Shown one piece after another: positions 33,315 through 50,889 of a DNA stretch of 64,000 nt; the stretch's first letter is position 1, and every line of letters starts with the position of its first letter. Position numbers and translations under genes: made by a program. The notes under the pieces were generated by a model. The model saw only the letters and a program-made list of their open reading frames with translations. It did no database searches and was not told the DNA's origin. The DNA lies in NCBI RefSeq assembly GCF_009914755.1, contig NC_060940.1. One strand, given 5' to 3'. Source of the stretch: the human T2T-CHM13v2.0 reference genome, Homo sapiens.

Positions 33315-34543
33315 CTATAGATGAAACAGAATCATTAGGTTGAGGGGAGAGTGAAAAGGCAGGCCAAGGGACTTCCTGACAATGGGAAAAGCCTGAGCAA
33401 AAGAATACACCACTGCAATATCCCCCCAAGTCCCCAAGGCTGGCTGATCAGGCAGAGCCCCTTCAAATGGGCATTAAAAATACTTGCTAATCCCAAGGTT
33501 TTGGGTGGCCAAGGCAGGAGGATCACTTGAGGCCAGGAGTTTAAGATCAGCCTCAGCAACATAGTGAAACCTCACCTCTACAAACAAATTTTTAATTAGC
33601 GGGAATGGTAGCACATGCCTGTAGTCCCAGCTACTCAGGAGACTGAGGCAGGAGGATCCCTTAAGCCCAGGAGTTAAAGGCTGCAGTGAGATATGATCAT
33701 GCCACTGTATTCTAGCCTGGGCAACAGAGTGAGACCCTGTCTCTTAAAAACAATTAAATCAACAAAAAATAAGATAAAATACAAAAGATAAAAATACTTG
33801 CTTGCTCAGATTTGATTTAGAGGAGACTGAAGAAGAGGCCTTACAGAAGGCAAAGAAGGAAAGTTCCAGATGGGAGAACCCAGCCTCTCCTCCACTGCCG
33901 CAGATGATTCTGCTGTAGCCCAGATTTGCAAGCTCCACTCAGCAAAATAATCTCCCTGTATCAGTCATCCATTGCTGCATAACAGATGACTCCAAAATGC
34001 AGTGGCCTAAAGCAACAATAACTCAGATTTTCTCATGGTTTCTGTGGGTCGGGTATTTGGGAGTGGCTGGGAAGTTCCAGCTCTCTGCAAGGTCTCTTGT
34101 CCAGCTGCAGGTGGATGCCAACTTGGGCTGGGGCCATCTCCAAGGTGTCCTCCCTCTCACGGCCTGTGCCTGGGCTGGGAAGATGTGAGCAGAGGTGAAC
34201 TTTACAGGTGAGGCTCCCCGGGCACCTCTCCAGCATGGTGAGGTCAGGGTAGCTGGTCTTCTAACGTCATCTTGGGGCTCCTAAGTTGTGTGCCTCAAGC
34301 CAGGCAGAAGCTGTCACACATTGTCCCTTTTACTACATTTTATTGAGGCAGCTATAAAAAGTTACAAAGGGGGCCGGGTGTGGTGGCTCATGCCTGTAAT
34401 CCCAGCACTTTGGGAGGCTGAGGTGGGTGGATCACCTGAGGTCTGGAGTTCGAGACCAGCCTGGCCAACATGGTGAAACCCCATCTCTACTAAAAATAGA
34501 AAAATTAGCTGGGCGTGGTGGCAGGCACTTGTAATCTCAGCTA

Positions 34544-34831
<288 letters not shown>

Positions 34832-35351
34832 TTAGCCAGGTGTGATGGTGTGAGCCTGTATCCCTAGCTACTCCGGAGGCTGAGTGGGAGGATTGCTGGA
34901 GCCCAGGAGGTCGAGGCTGGAGTAAGCTGTGATTGATTGAGCCACTGTACTGCACCCTGGGGGACAGAGTGAGATCCTGTCTCAAAATAAATAAATAAAT
35001 AAGTAATAAAAAGTGAAAAGTTACAAAGATCTGGCAGATTCAAGGAAAGGAAACCTGGACCCCATCTCTCCATGGACGAATGTCAATGTGACAGTGTAGA
35101 AGAGCATGTGGGATGGAGGAAGAATCAGGGGATGTGTCTTTGGAAAGTGCAATTGCCCACAGCTGGCATCTGAATAGATTCACTCTCCTCAAAGGCACTT
35201 TTGCGACATTGATCACTGGCCAAGCATGCCCCGTGCAGGTCTCACCCTCCAGCCCATGCAGTTGTCTTTCAGCCACAGGCTGAACACTGGCCATCCCAGC
35301 TGTGTCAGAGGACTTTGGCAAGCCTAATTTTCTCCATCTTTTTTATTACCT

Positions 35352-37521
35352 TGTGGACCAGGTTGAACAGTGTCCCCCAAATTTATGTCCAGCTGGAACC
35401 TCAGAACATAGCTGTATTTGGAAAGAGGGTCTTTGCAGATGTAATCAAGTTGATATGTGGTCATACTGCATTAGGGTACATCCTAAATTGATGAGGCTGG
35501 GTGTGGTGGTTCAATCCCGTAATCCCAGTACTTTGGGAGGCCTAAGTGGGCAGATCACTTGAGCTCAGGAGTTCGAGACCAGCCTGGACAAAACTGAGAC
35601 CCTGTCTCTACAAAAAATATAAAAAATTAGCCGGGCATAGTAGTGTGCACCTGTGGTCCCAGCTACTCGGGAGGCTGAGGTGGGAGCATTGGTTTAGCCT
35701 AGAGGTGAAGGCCGCAGTGAACCGTGATCACCCCATTGCACTCCAGCCTGGGTGACAGAGTGAGATGAGACACTGTCCCCCCACAAAAAAAATAAATCAA
35801 TGACTGGTGTGTCATAAGAAGAGGGACATTTGGACACAGAGACATGCACAGAGGGAAGATGATATGAAGGCAACACAGCGACACACAGGGAGAGCACCAT
35901 GTGACAACTGAGGCAGAGGATGGGGAGAGGCATCTGCAAACCAGAACACACAAAAGATTCCCAGCAACCACCCAAAGCTTGGAGAGAGGCATGGGACAAT
36001 CTCCCGCAGAGCCTCCGGAAGAAAGCAACCATGCCGGCCAGGTGTGGAGGCTCATGCCTGTAATTCCAGCACTTTGGGAGGCCCAGGAGGGCAGATCACT
36101 TGAGGTCAGGAGTTCAAGACCAGCCTGGGCTACATGATGAAACCCTGTTTCTACATAAAATACAAAAATTAGCTGGGCGTCATGATGGGCACCTGTAATC
36201 CCAGCTACCCGGGAGGCTGAGGCAGGAGAATTGCTTGGACCCGAGAAGCAGAGGTTGCTGTGAGCTGAGGTGGTGCTAGTGCCCTCCAGCCTGGGTGACA
36301 GAGTGAGATGAGACACTGTCCCCCCACAAAAAAAATAAATCAATGACTGGTGTGTCATAAGAAGAGGGACATTTGGACACAGAGACATGCACAGAGGGAA
36401 GATGATATGAAGGCAACACAGCGACACACAGGGAGAGCACCATGTGACAACTGAGGCAGAGGATGGGGAGAGGCATCTGCAAACCAGAACACACAAAAGA
36501 TTCCCAGCAACCACCCAAAGCTTGGAGAGAGGCATGGGACAATCTCCCGCAGAGCCTCCGGAAGAAAGCAACCATGCCGGCCAGGTGTGGAGGCTCATGC
36601 CTGTAATTCCAGCACTTTGGGAGGCCCAGGAGGGCAGATCACTTGAGGTCAGGAGTTCAAGACCAGCCTGGGCTACATGATGAAACCCTGTTTCTACATA
36701 AAATACAAAAATTAGCTGGGCGTCATGATGGGCACCTGTAATCCCAGCTACCCGGGAGGCTGAGGCAGGAGAATTGCTTGGACCCGAGAAGCAGAGGTTG
36801 CTGTGAGCTGAGGTGGTGCTAGTGCCCTCCAGCCTGGGTGACAGAGTGAGATGAGACACTGTCCCCCCACAAAAAAAATAAATCAATGACTGGTGTGTCA
36901 TAAGAAGAGGGACATTTGGACACAGAGACATGCACAGAGGGAAGATGATATGAAGGCAACACAGCGACACACAGGGAGAGCACCATGTGACAACTGAGGC
37001 AGAGGATGGGGAGAGGCATCTGCAAACCAGAACACACAAAAGATTCCCAGCAACCACCCAAAGCTTGGAGAGAGGCATGGGACAATCTCCCGCAGAGCCT
37101 CCGGAAGAAAGCAACCATGCCGGCCAGGTGTGGAGGCTCATGCCTGTAATTCCAGCACTTTGGGAGGCCCAGGAGGGCAGATCACTTGAGGTCAGGAGTT
37201 CAAGACCAGCCTGGGCTACATGATGAAACCCTGTTTCTACATAAAATACAAAAATTAGCTGGGCGTCATGATGGGCACCTGTAATCCCAGCTACCCGGGA
37301 GGCTGAGGCAGGAGAATTGCTTGGACCCGAGAAGCAGAGGTTGCTGTGAGCTGAGGTGGTGCTAGTGCCCTCCAGCCTGGATGACAGAGTGAGACTCGGT
37401 CTCAATAAATAAATAAATAATAAAGAAGAAACCAACCCTTTTGACCCCGGGGTCTCAGACTTTTAGCCACCACATCAGCGAGTTATGGTGTTTGTTATAG
37501 CAGCTCTGGGAAACTAATGCA
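35352..37521 (+). mobile_element. MLT1C-like (ERVL-MaLR) solo LTR interrupted by two sense Alus (from 35495 and from 37122) and the 543-bp triplication
   Basis: MLT1 motifs GGTTGAA..GTCCCCCAAA, TATTTGGAAAGAGGGTCTTTGCAGATGTAAT, AATGACTGGTGT..ATTTGGACACAGAGAC and terminal GGAAACTAATGCA. Confidence 0.8.
35741..37380 (+). repeat. Tandem array of 3 x 543 bp (plus 11-bp terminal microhomology); each unit is Alu 3' end + MLT1C middle + Alu body
   Basis: Units start at 35741, 36284 and 36827, with CTCCAGCCTGG recurring at 37370-37380. Identical 78-aa ORFs occur at 35901, 36444 and 36987, and homopolymer lengths (C6, A8) match in all copies. Confidence 0.98.
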
Positions 37522-38088
37522 TGTTTTCAGTGACATTTTAGCCCCTTCTGAATGGTCTGGATGGCTGGTTGACAGCTAAGTTCAGACCCGATGCAAAAGC
37601 GCAGTCTATGTAGGAATGTCCCCTGTGGACAGCTGCTGTGTAGCCAAGGTGGGTTACATACTAGGAAAGGGCCCTGGGGGCCCCCACAGGGAGCTAACTC
37701 TATTGACGGGGGACCCAGGTAACAGATGCAGGCATTTGCTGTGAGTCACAAGACACTGATGTGTGTTTGCTTGCTTGGGTATTTTTTTACTTTTTGTTTT
37801 TTAACTTTGTAAATGAGGCTTAGCCTTCCCAGGTGTGTCCTACCTCTTCTGTCTCCTGTCTCCCATCTCTGTGTCCTGTCTCCTGGAGCTGGTTTGATTT
37901 TGTCAACATGGGCACTGTTTATGATGGCAACAGCTGTGACCTTTAGAGTCAAGAGGAAATCCACCTACAGGGACTCAGGCCTTTCTCTCCAAGTGGGGCC
38001 ATAAACTGTTATTCACCAAAACATGGGGGAGGCATAGGAGGGAAACACAGCCGCTCCTAGGGGAAGCCACTCTGTTTCTCCTCTGCAG

Positions 38089-39344
38089 GGCTGGAGACAC
38101 AGGTGGACACCTGGCTGTGCCCCCAACCCTGCCCTCAAGCTCTGCACCATTTTGTAACCCTCAAAAGCAATCAGGCCTCTGTACTTGCTGAGCCCACTGC
38201 CTGAGAAGTCCATTTTCCAGGCCCTCACTTAGCCAGCGCCTCCTCCTCCTCCTCTTCCTCCTCCTCCTCAGGTCACCCTCCTCCAAGAAGCCTTTGTGAC
38301 CACCACACAAAAACCCAGCCCTTCCTCCCCCATTATATTCATCTGCTCTGCTAAAGTGCTCACCCCACTGGAAATGATCTTGTTTATGTGTTTCCTTGTT
38401 TACTGTCTGTCTTCAGTAGAATGGAAGAGCCATCGGTATTTTGTCTTTTTTTCCCCTTGTCCATTCTTATATCCTCAGCTTCTAGAACATTCCCTGGAAC
38501 ACAGCAAGTGTTCAGTATTGTTCATGGAGTGACAGATGTCTCAGCCAAGAAGGTACAATCACAGGGAAGAATGACTTCAACTGGTCTTGACTTCAACCTG
38601 CTTCCAGCCTGGTTCCCTTCTCCCACCTCCCTACAGCCCACAGAAGATCTTTTCCAAACTGGAAATCTGTCCAGGTCATTCTTCTGCTCTAAGGCTTTCA
38701 GTAGCTCCCCCTTATCCCCAGGAGGAAGTCCAAATGCCTTAACAAGTGTCAAGGAACACTTGGTGAGCCCTGCTTTCCTTGCTAGTCACTCGTGCACAGC
38801 TGAGTCTTTCCCCAGAGTGGATGTCATTCATGCTGTTCCCATTGCCTGGATTCCTGCTCCTCTCCACCCCATTCAACTGATAAACTCGTGGTTTTTTTTT
38901 TTTTTTTTTTTTTTTTTGAAACTGAGTCTCGATCTATCACCCACGCTGGAGTGCAGTGGTGCAATCTCGGCTCACTGCAACTTCTGCTTCCTGGGTTCAA
39001 GAGATTCTTGTGCCTCAGCCTCCCGAATAGCTGGGGTTACGGGCGTCTGCCAACATGCCTGGCTAATTTTTGTATTTTTAATAGAGATGGGGTTTCACCA
39101 TGTTGGCCAGGCTCTTCTCAAACTCCTGACCTAAAGGGATCCCCCCGCCTTGGCCTACCAAAGTGCTGGAATTACAGGCGTGAACCACTGTGCCTGGCCT
39201 CAACTGATACACTCTTGTCCTTTTACTAGGCTCAGCTTAGGGACCGTCACCTCCAGGAAGCCTTCCCAACCTGCACTGATCACTTCTTCTTCTTCTCTTT
39301 GGGATTATCACTTGTATTGTAATAAAATCTTGTTTTTTTTCTTT

Positions 39345-39345
<1 letters not shown>
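38089..39345 (+). ncRNA. Possible terminal exon of a non-coding transcript from the upstream promoter
   Basis: Strong acceptor ctctgtttctcctctgcAG ending 38088, and AATAAA at 39321-39326 followed by T-rich sequence. The interior is largely L2- and Alu-derived. The window holds no transcript evidence. Confidence 0.25.
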
Positions 39346-40670
<1,325 letters not shown>

Positions 40671-41289
40671 TTTGTTCAACCAGTTGGTCTTCCCCAGCAG
40701 CCTGGGACTCCTGACAGAGAATAAATCTTTCATCTCCTTATCCTCAGAGCCTGTAGTAGTAACTGACATGTGGTAGGTGCTCAAGAAATGCTGTGGGCTG
40801 ATTGAATGAGTCCATTCATGGAATGAATGAATTTCTTGACTGCATGAATGAGGGTTCTATTGAAAGAGTGCTTAAGGTAAGTTTGTCTCAGATGCCATGT
40901 GAGTTTCTCTGCTCCCCCACAAAGGAACTCACCATGAGTGATGAGCTGGTCTTTCTGAAATGGTTGCCGCAGGTAAAACCCCCTTACCATTACGTCTAAT
41001 ATCTTCCTGTATCTGCCCAAAGTGCCCAGACTGCTTCTACCTCTGAACAGGCTTGCCTGGGTTTCTTCCCTGTTGTTTCAGTGAAAGGCACTGGTGCCCA
41101 TACTAGAGGGTGCAAGAGAATGATAGCGGCGGGCGGCAGTTAAATGCGGATCCCTAGGCCCTGCCCCTACGTTCTGATTCAGTAAGGCCAATAACTCCCG
41201 GCGCATCTCAGACTTTTCTAAGGCCCCCCAGGAGAGGTGAGAGTCCTCTGTAGAAGTGTAAATAATTCTAGGTCTTGAAAAAGACATGG

Positions 41290-41665
<376 letters not shown>

Positions 41666-42625
41666 TTAATGCCTCTGAGCCTCGGTTTTCTTATCTGTAA
41701 AGCTGTCCTGAAAGTAATGGAGCTTCCCAGTTCCACTGTGAGGATGAAATACATTGACTGCACGAAGGGCCCTGATGCAAGGTAGATATTCAATAAATGT
41801 TGTGGATTTTGGTAAGCCAAAAAGATTCCAAATGCTTTCTCTCCACCCCCTTCGCTAACTGCCTTATATTTTAATTTTTATTGATGCATAACAACGCAGA
41901 GAAGTGTACAGTTCACTGGATCTTCACACACTGAACACACCCACGCCCACATCACCCACACCCCAACCGAGAAACCAGCACCCCTCAGGACTCGCCTGGG
42001 TGCTGCTCATCACCACCTTCCCAAGGGCAACCGTTCTGACTACTAGCAGCCTTGTTTTTGAAACAGTTTTAGTTTTCTATAACAACTAAGACATGCATAG
42101 TAAAGAATATTTAGAAAACAATGACAAGAGAAAAGTCAGAGACATGTGAACATATTGAACAGCCTTTAAAAAATATTAATTTTTTGGCCTGGTGTGGTAG
42201 CACATGCCTGTAATCCCAGCCCTTTGGGAGGCTTAGGTGGGAGAGTCGTTTGAGCTCAGGAGTTCAGGACCAGCCTGGGTAACACGATGAAACCTTGTCT
42301 CTATAAATAAATACAAACATCTAGCCAGGCTTGGTGATGTGTGCATGTAGTCCCAACTACTTGGGAGGCTGAGGTGGGAGGATTGTATGAGCCCGGCGGA
42401 GGGGGCAGAGGTTGCAGTGAGCTGAGATTGCGCCACTGCCCTCCTGCTTGGGCTACAGAGTGAGACCCTGTATCAAAATAATAATACTAACTTTCTGTTG
42501 AGGTATAACGTGCATAAAATGGCCCAGATCAGGCCGGGCGCGGTGGCTCACGCCTGTTATCCCAGCACTTTGCGGGGCCGAGGCGGGCGGATCGTGAGGT
42601 CAGGAGATCGAGACCATCCTGGCTA

Positions 42626-42880
<255 letters not shown>

Positions 42881-43406
42881 TCATAAAGTGACTAACCCAT
42901 GTGACCACAAGATCAAAACCTAGAACATCGCAGCCCTCAAGGTCCTTCCTTCTGCTGCCTCCAAGGCAGTGAGATTCTCTATTCTGACTTCTTTTTGTGT
43001 GTGAGAAAAAGTCTCTTTCTGTTGCTCAGGCTGGAGTACACTGGTGTTGTCACAGCTCACTGCAGCCTTAAACGCCTGTGCTCAAGGGATCCTCCCATCT
43101 CAGCCTCCCAAGTAGCCAGGACTATTCTGACTTCTAAAAGCACTGATGAGTTTTGTGAAACACAGCCTTGTTTTAGACAAAGCTTCCCTCTCTCTGGTGC
43201 TGTTGGAGAACTCTTGCTCATCCCTCAGGACCCAGTTCTGAGGTTACCTCCTCTGAGAAGTCTTCGCAGCTCCATGAGGCAGAGGATTAGCCCTTGCCTG
43301 ATTTGTCCCTCTAATTCAGCTCTTGCCATTCTGTGATAGTAAATGCCTCTTCCTGCTGTCTCCCCATTGAGAGGTAAATAGGTCTAATCTATTTGCCTAA
43401 TATAGG

Positions 43407-44952
<1,546 letters not shown>

Positions 44953-47825
44953 TCAGTCTCTTCCCTTTCAGGTCTGGTTGCCAGGAGTGGCAGATGTGGA
45001 AATAATCGGTGTCCCTGTTGACACACTTGAACTTCTCAGTGTACCTTGTCTGCACCCCAACCACTCCTGGGCTTCCAGCAATGTGAGATCATTGATAGCC
45101 TTTTTGTGGAAGCTGAATACGTCCTAGTGGAGACTCCAGACATGAGAACGAGGGGCTTTTGTCTTCAGCAGTGCAGATTGGGTAACTGAGGCTCAGAGAC
45201 TATTACATTGTTGGAGACACAGGGGGGTAAGAGGCAGAGCTGGGATTCACACTGAGGCCCACCTGTCTCTGTGTCCCATGTTTTCAGCTGCTCTTGTACA
45301 CTATTGCTCTTGGCTTTCAACTGGCTGTCTTGATTTTACATGAGGTTTGGGGCCTGGCAAATGCCTGGTTGCAGTCTGGTTCTTAGCATAACAGGGTCCG
45401 CATGTTGAGAGTTCATTGCAATGTAGTGACTACTGAGTCAGCTCCAGGGGTCCCATCTAACCAGGATCCATGCCCAGGACTTGGATATGCGTTCGCAGAC
45501 TCACTCCTCCACAGCAGCCCTATTTACCAAAGAAGAAAGTGAAGCTTACAGCGGCTGCAAATGCTGTGCAGAGCTACAGAGAGTGAGCGACTGGGACTGG
45601 AACCAGCTCTGTCTCACTCCAAAGCCCCCTTTTTGTGTTCCTCCAACTACACTCTGTGCCCATCATGCAGGACTTTGATGGTTGCTGCTATATCCCTGGA
45701 GCCTGGGAGTGCCTGGCCCCTTGCAGGCACTCCGCAAATGTTTGTTGAATGAATAAATGAGCTCCACCAGGACTCCAGGTTAGAGGTGCTCAAAGCAAAA
45801 CCATGGGTCGGGCACAGTGACTTATGCCTGTAATCCTAGCACTTTGGGAAGCTGAGGTGGGTGGACTGCCAGAGCTCAGGAGTTTGAGATCAGCCTGGGT
45901 AACACGGTGAAATCCCGTCTCTACTAAAAATACAAAAAAAAAAAAAAAAAAAAAAAAAAAGCCAGGCGTGGTGATGCACGCCTGTAGTCCCAACTACTCA
46001 GGAGGCTAAGGCACAAGAATCACTTGAGCCCAGGAGGCAGAGGTTGCAGTGAGCTGAGATCCAACCACTGCACTCCAGCCTGGGCAGTAAAAAAAACAAA
46101 ACAAAACAAAACCCACAAAACCATTAAACCGGGGGCTCCACCAAGCTGGCCACAATTTAAATAGCAGAGGGGTCTGCCCTCCCCTACCTCCAGAAGCAGT
46201 GAGGCCTAACCCCATTGAAAGCCCATTCTGGGTGGTACTTCCTCTCACAGAGGCCTGCCAGCCAGCAGCTGGGACTCGGCTCGTCGCCACGGATGTGTGC
46301 TTCTCTGAACAATGTTGGGAAAGGAAACTAGACTCAAGGGCTCCAGGGGGTTTTCTGGTCATTTTGGCTGTGGGGGTAGAGGGGGAGGGTTGGCGAGGTT
46401 CCCTGGGGCAGGGCGGTGGACCTCAGCCTGGTCACTGCCTTTGGAGGTGGTGGTGGAGGAGGGGAAAGGAGGTCTGGGTTTGAAATAACCCTCTAAGGGT
46501 GGTTTTTTTTTTTTGGTCAGGGTCTTACTCTGTTGCCCAGGCTGGAATGCAGTGGCACATGATCTCGGCTCACTGCCTGCAACCTCTGCCTCCTGGGCTT
46601 AAGTGATCCTCTTGCCTCAGCTTCCCGAGTAGCTGTGACTCAGGCTCACTCCACCAGGCCTGGCTAATTTTTAAAGTTTTTTGTAGAGATGGAGGTCTCA
46701 TCATGTTGTCCAGGCTAGTCTTGAACTCCTGGGCTCAAGTGGTCCACCCTCCTTAGCCTCCCAAATAGCTGAGATTACAGGTATGAGCCAATGTGCCCAG
46801 TCCACAGATATTTTTCAAAACAGCTTTCTTGAGATATAATTCACATCCCATGCAACTCATGCATGTAAAGTGTACAGTACAGAGGCTTCAGCACATTCAC
46901 AGAGCTGAGCAGCCATCGTCACAATCCATTTTAGAACATTCTTATCATCCCAAAGAGCAGCCCTGTATCCCTTATCTTTTACCTTCCGATAGGCCCGCTC
47001 TCTGCTTTCCTGGTCCTTGGCAACCACTGATCTACGTTCTGTCTCTGTAGATTTGCTAATTCTGCATATGCTATAGGTGGGTCTTATGATGGGGAAATTA
47101 AGTCCAAAGAGGGTGGCTGAGCAGCCCACAGCCATAAAACTAAGGAAGGGGCAGACTTGGAACTGGAGCCCAGATTCCTTGTTTCCAAGTTCATGCTTTC
47201 ACAGGAGGTCTTCTTCTTCCCAGTAACAATTCCTAAAATAGTCAGCCTTGGTTTTGCCCCATGGGGATGAGGGCTTTACCTCCCTCATCTCACAGTCCCC
47301 CTCAGATGTAGGTACATTTCTGATACCCATAGGTATAATAATGAGGAAACTGATACCCAGAGAGGCTAATGGTCCAATGCACCATGGCTGCCAGCAAAGA
47401 GAAGAGGGTAATAGGGAAAAGCATTTGTATGCCCAAGGACTGGTGAGCAACACAGAATACAAAGAGTCAAGATGATTCAGCTTAAAATGTAATTTTCTTT
47501 CAGGTTATTCTTTCTTACCTATCCACTTCCCTTTTTCTTTCTTTTGTAGGAAAAGGAAAAGAAAGATCCCTCTACCCTTTGAGGTCACTTCCTGACCCAT
47601 TTGTGCATCTATGTAGAGTGGTTACAAACTCACATCTCCCTGCCTGAATGCCTCTTATTAATCTGGGGATGGGTGGCAGGTCAGCATGCCCATGGGCTCT
47701 GACACCAGACAGGCTGAGGTTCAAATCCAGCCCCCACCACCCACTGACTTAACCCACTCTAGCCCTCTGACAGCTAACCTGTGACAGGGCCTTTCTACCT
47801 CATATGTCTGAACCCACAGAGTGGT

Positions 47826-47857
47826 TTCTTTCTCTCTCGTTCTTTCTTTCTTTCTTG

Positions 47858-47900
<43 letters not shown>

Positions 47901-47962
47901 TTTTTCTTTTTTTCTTTCTTTCTTTCTTTCTTTCTTTCCTTCTTTCTTTTTTGTTTTTTTTT
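47826..47962 (+). repeat. (CTTT)n microsatellite derived from an antisense Alu tail
   Basis: Direct inspection. It runs into an Alu at ~47963. Confidence 0.95.
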
Positions 47963-47964
47963 GA

Positions 47965-48066
<102 letters not shown>

Positions 48067-48421
48067 TGAGTAGGTGGGATTATAGGCACCCACCACCAGG
48101 CCAGGCTAATGTTTTTGTATTTTCAGTAGAGACGGGTTTTCACCATGTTAAGCAGGATGGTCTTGATCTTCCAACCTCGTGATCCGCCCGCCTCAGCCTC
48201 CCAGGGTGCTGGGATTACAGGCGTGAGCCACCGCGCCCGGCTCAGAGTGGTTTCTTTCCCTACCTATTTTATTCCATGGAAAAGAAAGAATACACAGAAT
48301 GGTTCCTTCCCCACCTATTATCCTTGGGAAAAGAAGTGTCATTTTACATTAGAGTCCTCCCAGAACAGCGCCTGCCGCCTTGATGATGACGACGATTGTT
48401 AATTCTGAGATGGAGTCTTGA

Positions 48422-48520
<99 letters not shown>

Positions 48521-49546
48521 TGACACTACAGGTGTGTGCCACCATGCCTGGGTAATTTTTGTATTTTTAGTAGAGAGGGGGTTTTACTATGTTGGCCAGG
48601 CTAGTCGTGAACTCCTGATCTCAGGTAAGCCGCCTGCCTTGGCCTTCCAAAGTGCTGGGATTACAGGCATGAGCCACTGCACCTGGCAGATTATTTTTAT
48701 TTTGAACAACCAAGTTAGAGTTTGAGAAAGAGATGAAGAGCCCCCAGTACTCTCTTTCAATCCACTGATTCCTTCAGTTGTTCACCTGGGGGGTGGGGTT
48801 GGGCTAGGGGTTGGTTAGCAAAAAATGAGCCAAAGAAGAAAATGAATTAAAAACATGAAAAAAAAAAAGCAAACTGCCATTTATGATGACCATTATCTCA
48901 CACACAGTGGACATTTTAACTCAAAAATACTATAGGCTCACAGGCATAGATTAAACAGAAACCTGTTCTTCATGTTCTTATTTTTTTGCTTGCTTCCCAC
49001 AGATGAGAGAAAAATCCAGCCAGAATTGGCATCTGTCAAGATAGGCTTTTAGGAGCCACGGCTCCCTAGAGTGGTCTCCACACATTCTGATTATATGCAA
49101 TCTCATTTTGCCATCAAGAGACTTAACCCACTCCCCTATCCATGTAGACTTTGTAATAATAAATTATACATATATATGACTGAACTAATATATTATGTAC
49201 TTTATATAACACATACTAAAACAAAAGTGTGAAAAAGATTGGTTGAAATAAATACAAGCTGAAGTTCTAAAAAAAAAAAAAAAAAAAAAGTGAGGCAAAG
49301 GAATTGCCCCTAGATGTAGTCATTTTTCCTGGGGAATTGGCCCCATGACTTCAAGTGGTTGATGTCATAATGAGTCCTTCCAAGATCTCTTTAAAAAATT
49401 GATGTGTTAAGTGATCTGTGGTGATGAGCACAGGTATACACGCCAGTTGGGAGTGCTGAAAGAAATGAATCCACAGATCTTGTGAAGTCAGCAAACGAGT
49501 CCTATGGCTTGGGATACAACATTGACAGTGAGAGTGATATTCCTCA

Positions 49547-49699
<153 letters not shown>

Positions 49700-49742
49700 T
49701 TAGCTAAGCATTATGGCATACACCTATAATCCCAGCTACTCA

Positions 49743-50108
<366 letters not shown>

Positions 50109-50683
50109 TCAGGAGGCAGAAGCAGGAGGATCGCTTGAGTCCCGGAGTTCGAGGATGTGGTGAGCTATGATGGCACCACTGCACTCCAGCCTGGGTGACA
50201 GAGTGAGACCCTGCCTCTTAGAAAAAAGAAGCTATAACTCAAGCAACTTGGAGGTGAAATTCAAGTGCCTGACAGCTGTCTAGGTGCCCCTGAAGCTGCC
50301 TCTAGTCACAACAAAGATACCTCCATTAAAGAGCATAGGAAGCGTTTGAATCAGATAGCTTCATGCAACACACGAACGGAAAAATAAATTTCTTAAAGAA
50401 CATATTAGCTTCTTCCCATGAGATCAGGAAAACGGGACATCAATTGTCTGGGGTTCTTTGCTCCTGACTCCCTTTGGGGCTGGCACTATGTTGATCACGT
50501 TTTACAGATGGGGAAACCGAGGCTGTCGGTTTTTAAGTGGTCTGCCTAAGGTAGCAGTAAGGGTTGGTCTGACTCCAGCGCAGCCTCAACGAGGGCTTCA
50601 AATTAGGGCCATGAATTGGCAATTCCTGGCGGGTGATTGTGAAGAGTATGTTTATTTTTAATTTTTATTTATTTATTTATTTT

Positions 50684-50812
50684 TGAGACGGAGTGTCTCT
50701 CGGCCACACCCATCCTAGCTCATTGCTGTCTCGAACTCTCGAGCTCAGACGATCCTCCCGTCTAGGCTTCCCAAAGAGCTGGGATGACAGGCGTGAGCTC
50801 GGGCGCCCGGCC
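50684..50812 (-). mobile_element. Old Alu monomer (FAM/FLAM-like) at the CpG-island edge
   Basis: TTTTTGAGACGGAG...GATCCTCCCG..CCCAAAGAGCTGGGATGACAGGCGTGAGC..CGCCCGGCC; diverged but CpG-rich. Confidence 0.7.
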
Positions 50813-50879
50813 GGGAGTGTGTTAAGTATACGGCAAACACCTGGACTGCGGCCGGCTCTCCAGGAATGCCATGATATTG

Positions 50880-50889
50880 GGGAATTCCC
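50880..50889. promoter_or_regulatory. Perfect palindromic NF-kB site GGGAATTCCC
   Basis: Exact match to the kB consensus GGGRNWYYCC, about 260 bp upstream of the TSS. Binding is not shown by sequence alone. Confidence 0.6.

Noticed and set aside
35741-37380. CRISPR-like or prokaryotic repeat system
   Set aside because: The sequence is clearly primate. The units are identical with no unique spacers and no cas-like ORFs.
35699-37435. 578-aa ORF on the - strand with three 181-aa repeats
   Set aside because: It consists entirely of antisense Alu and MLT1C sequence and starts at TTG. It is long only because 543 is divisible by 3 and one unit happens to be stop-free.
38388-39134. 248-aa ORF (MFPCLL...WFFFFF...)
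   Set aside because: It is built from L2-like fragments running through a poly-T into an antisense Alu, with no recognisable domain. At most it lies in a non-coding exon.
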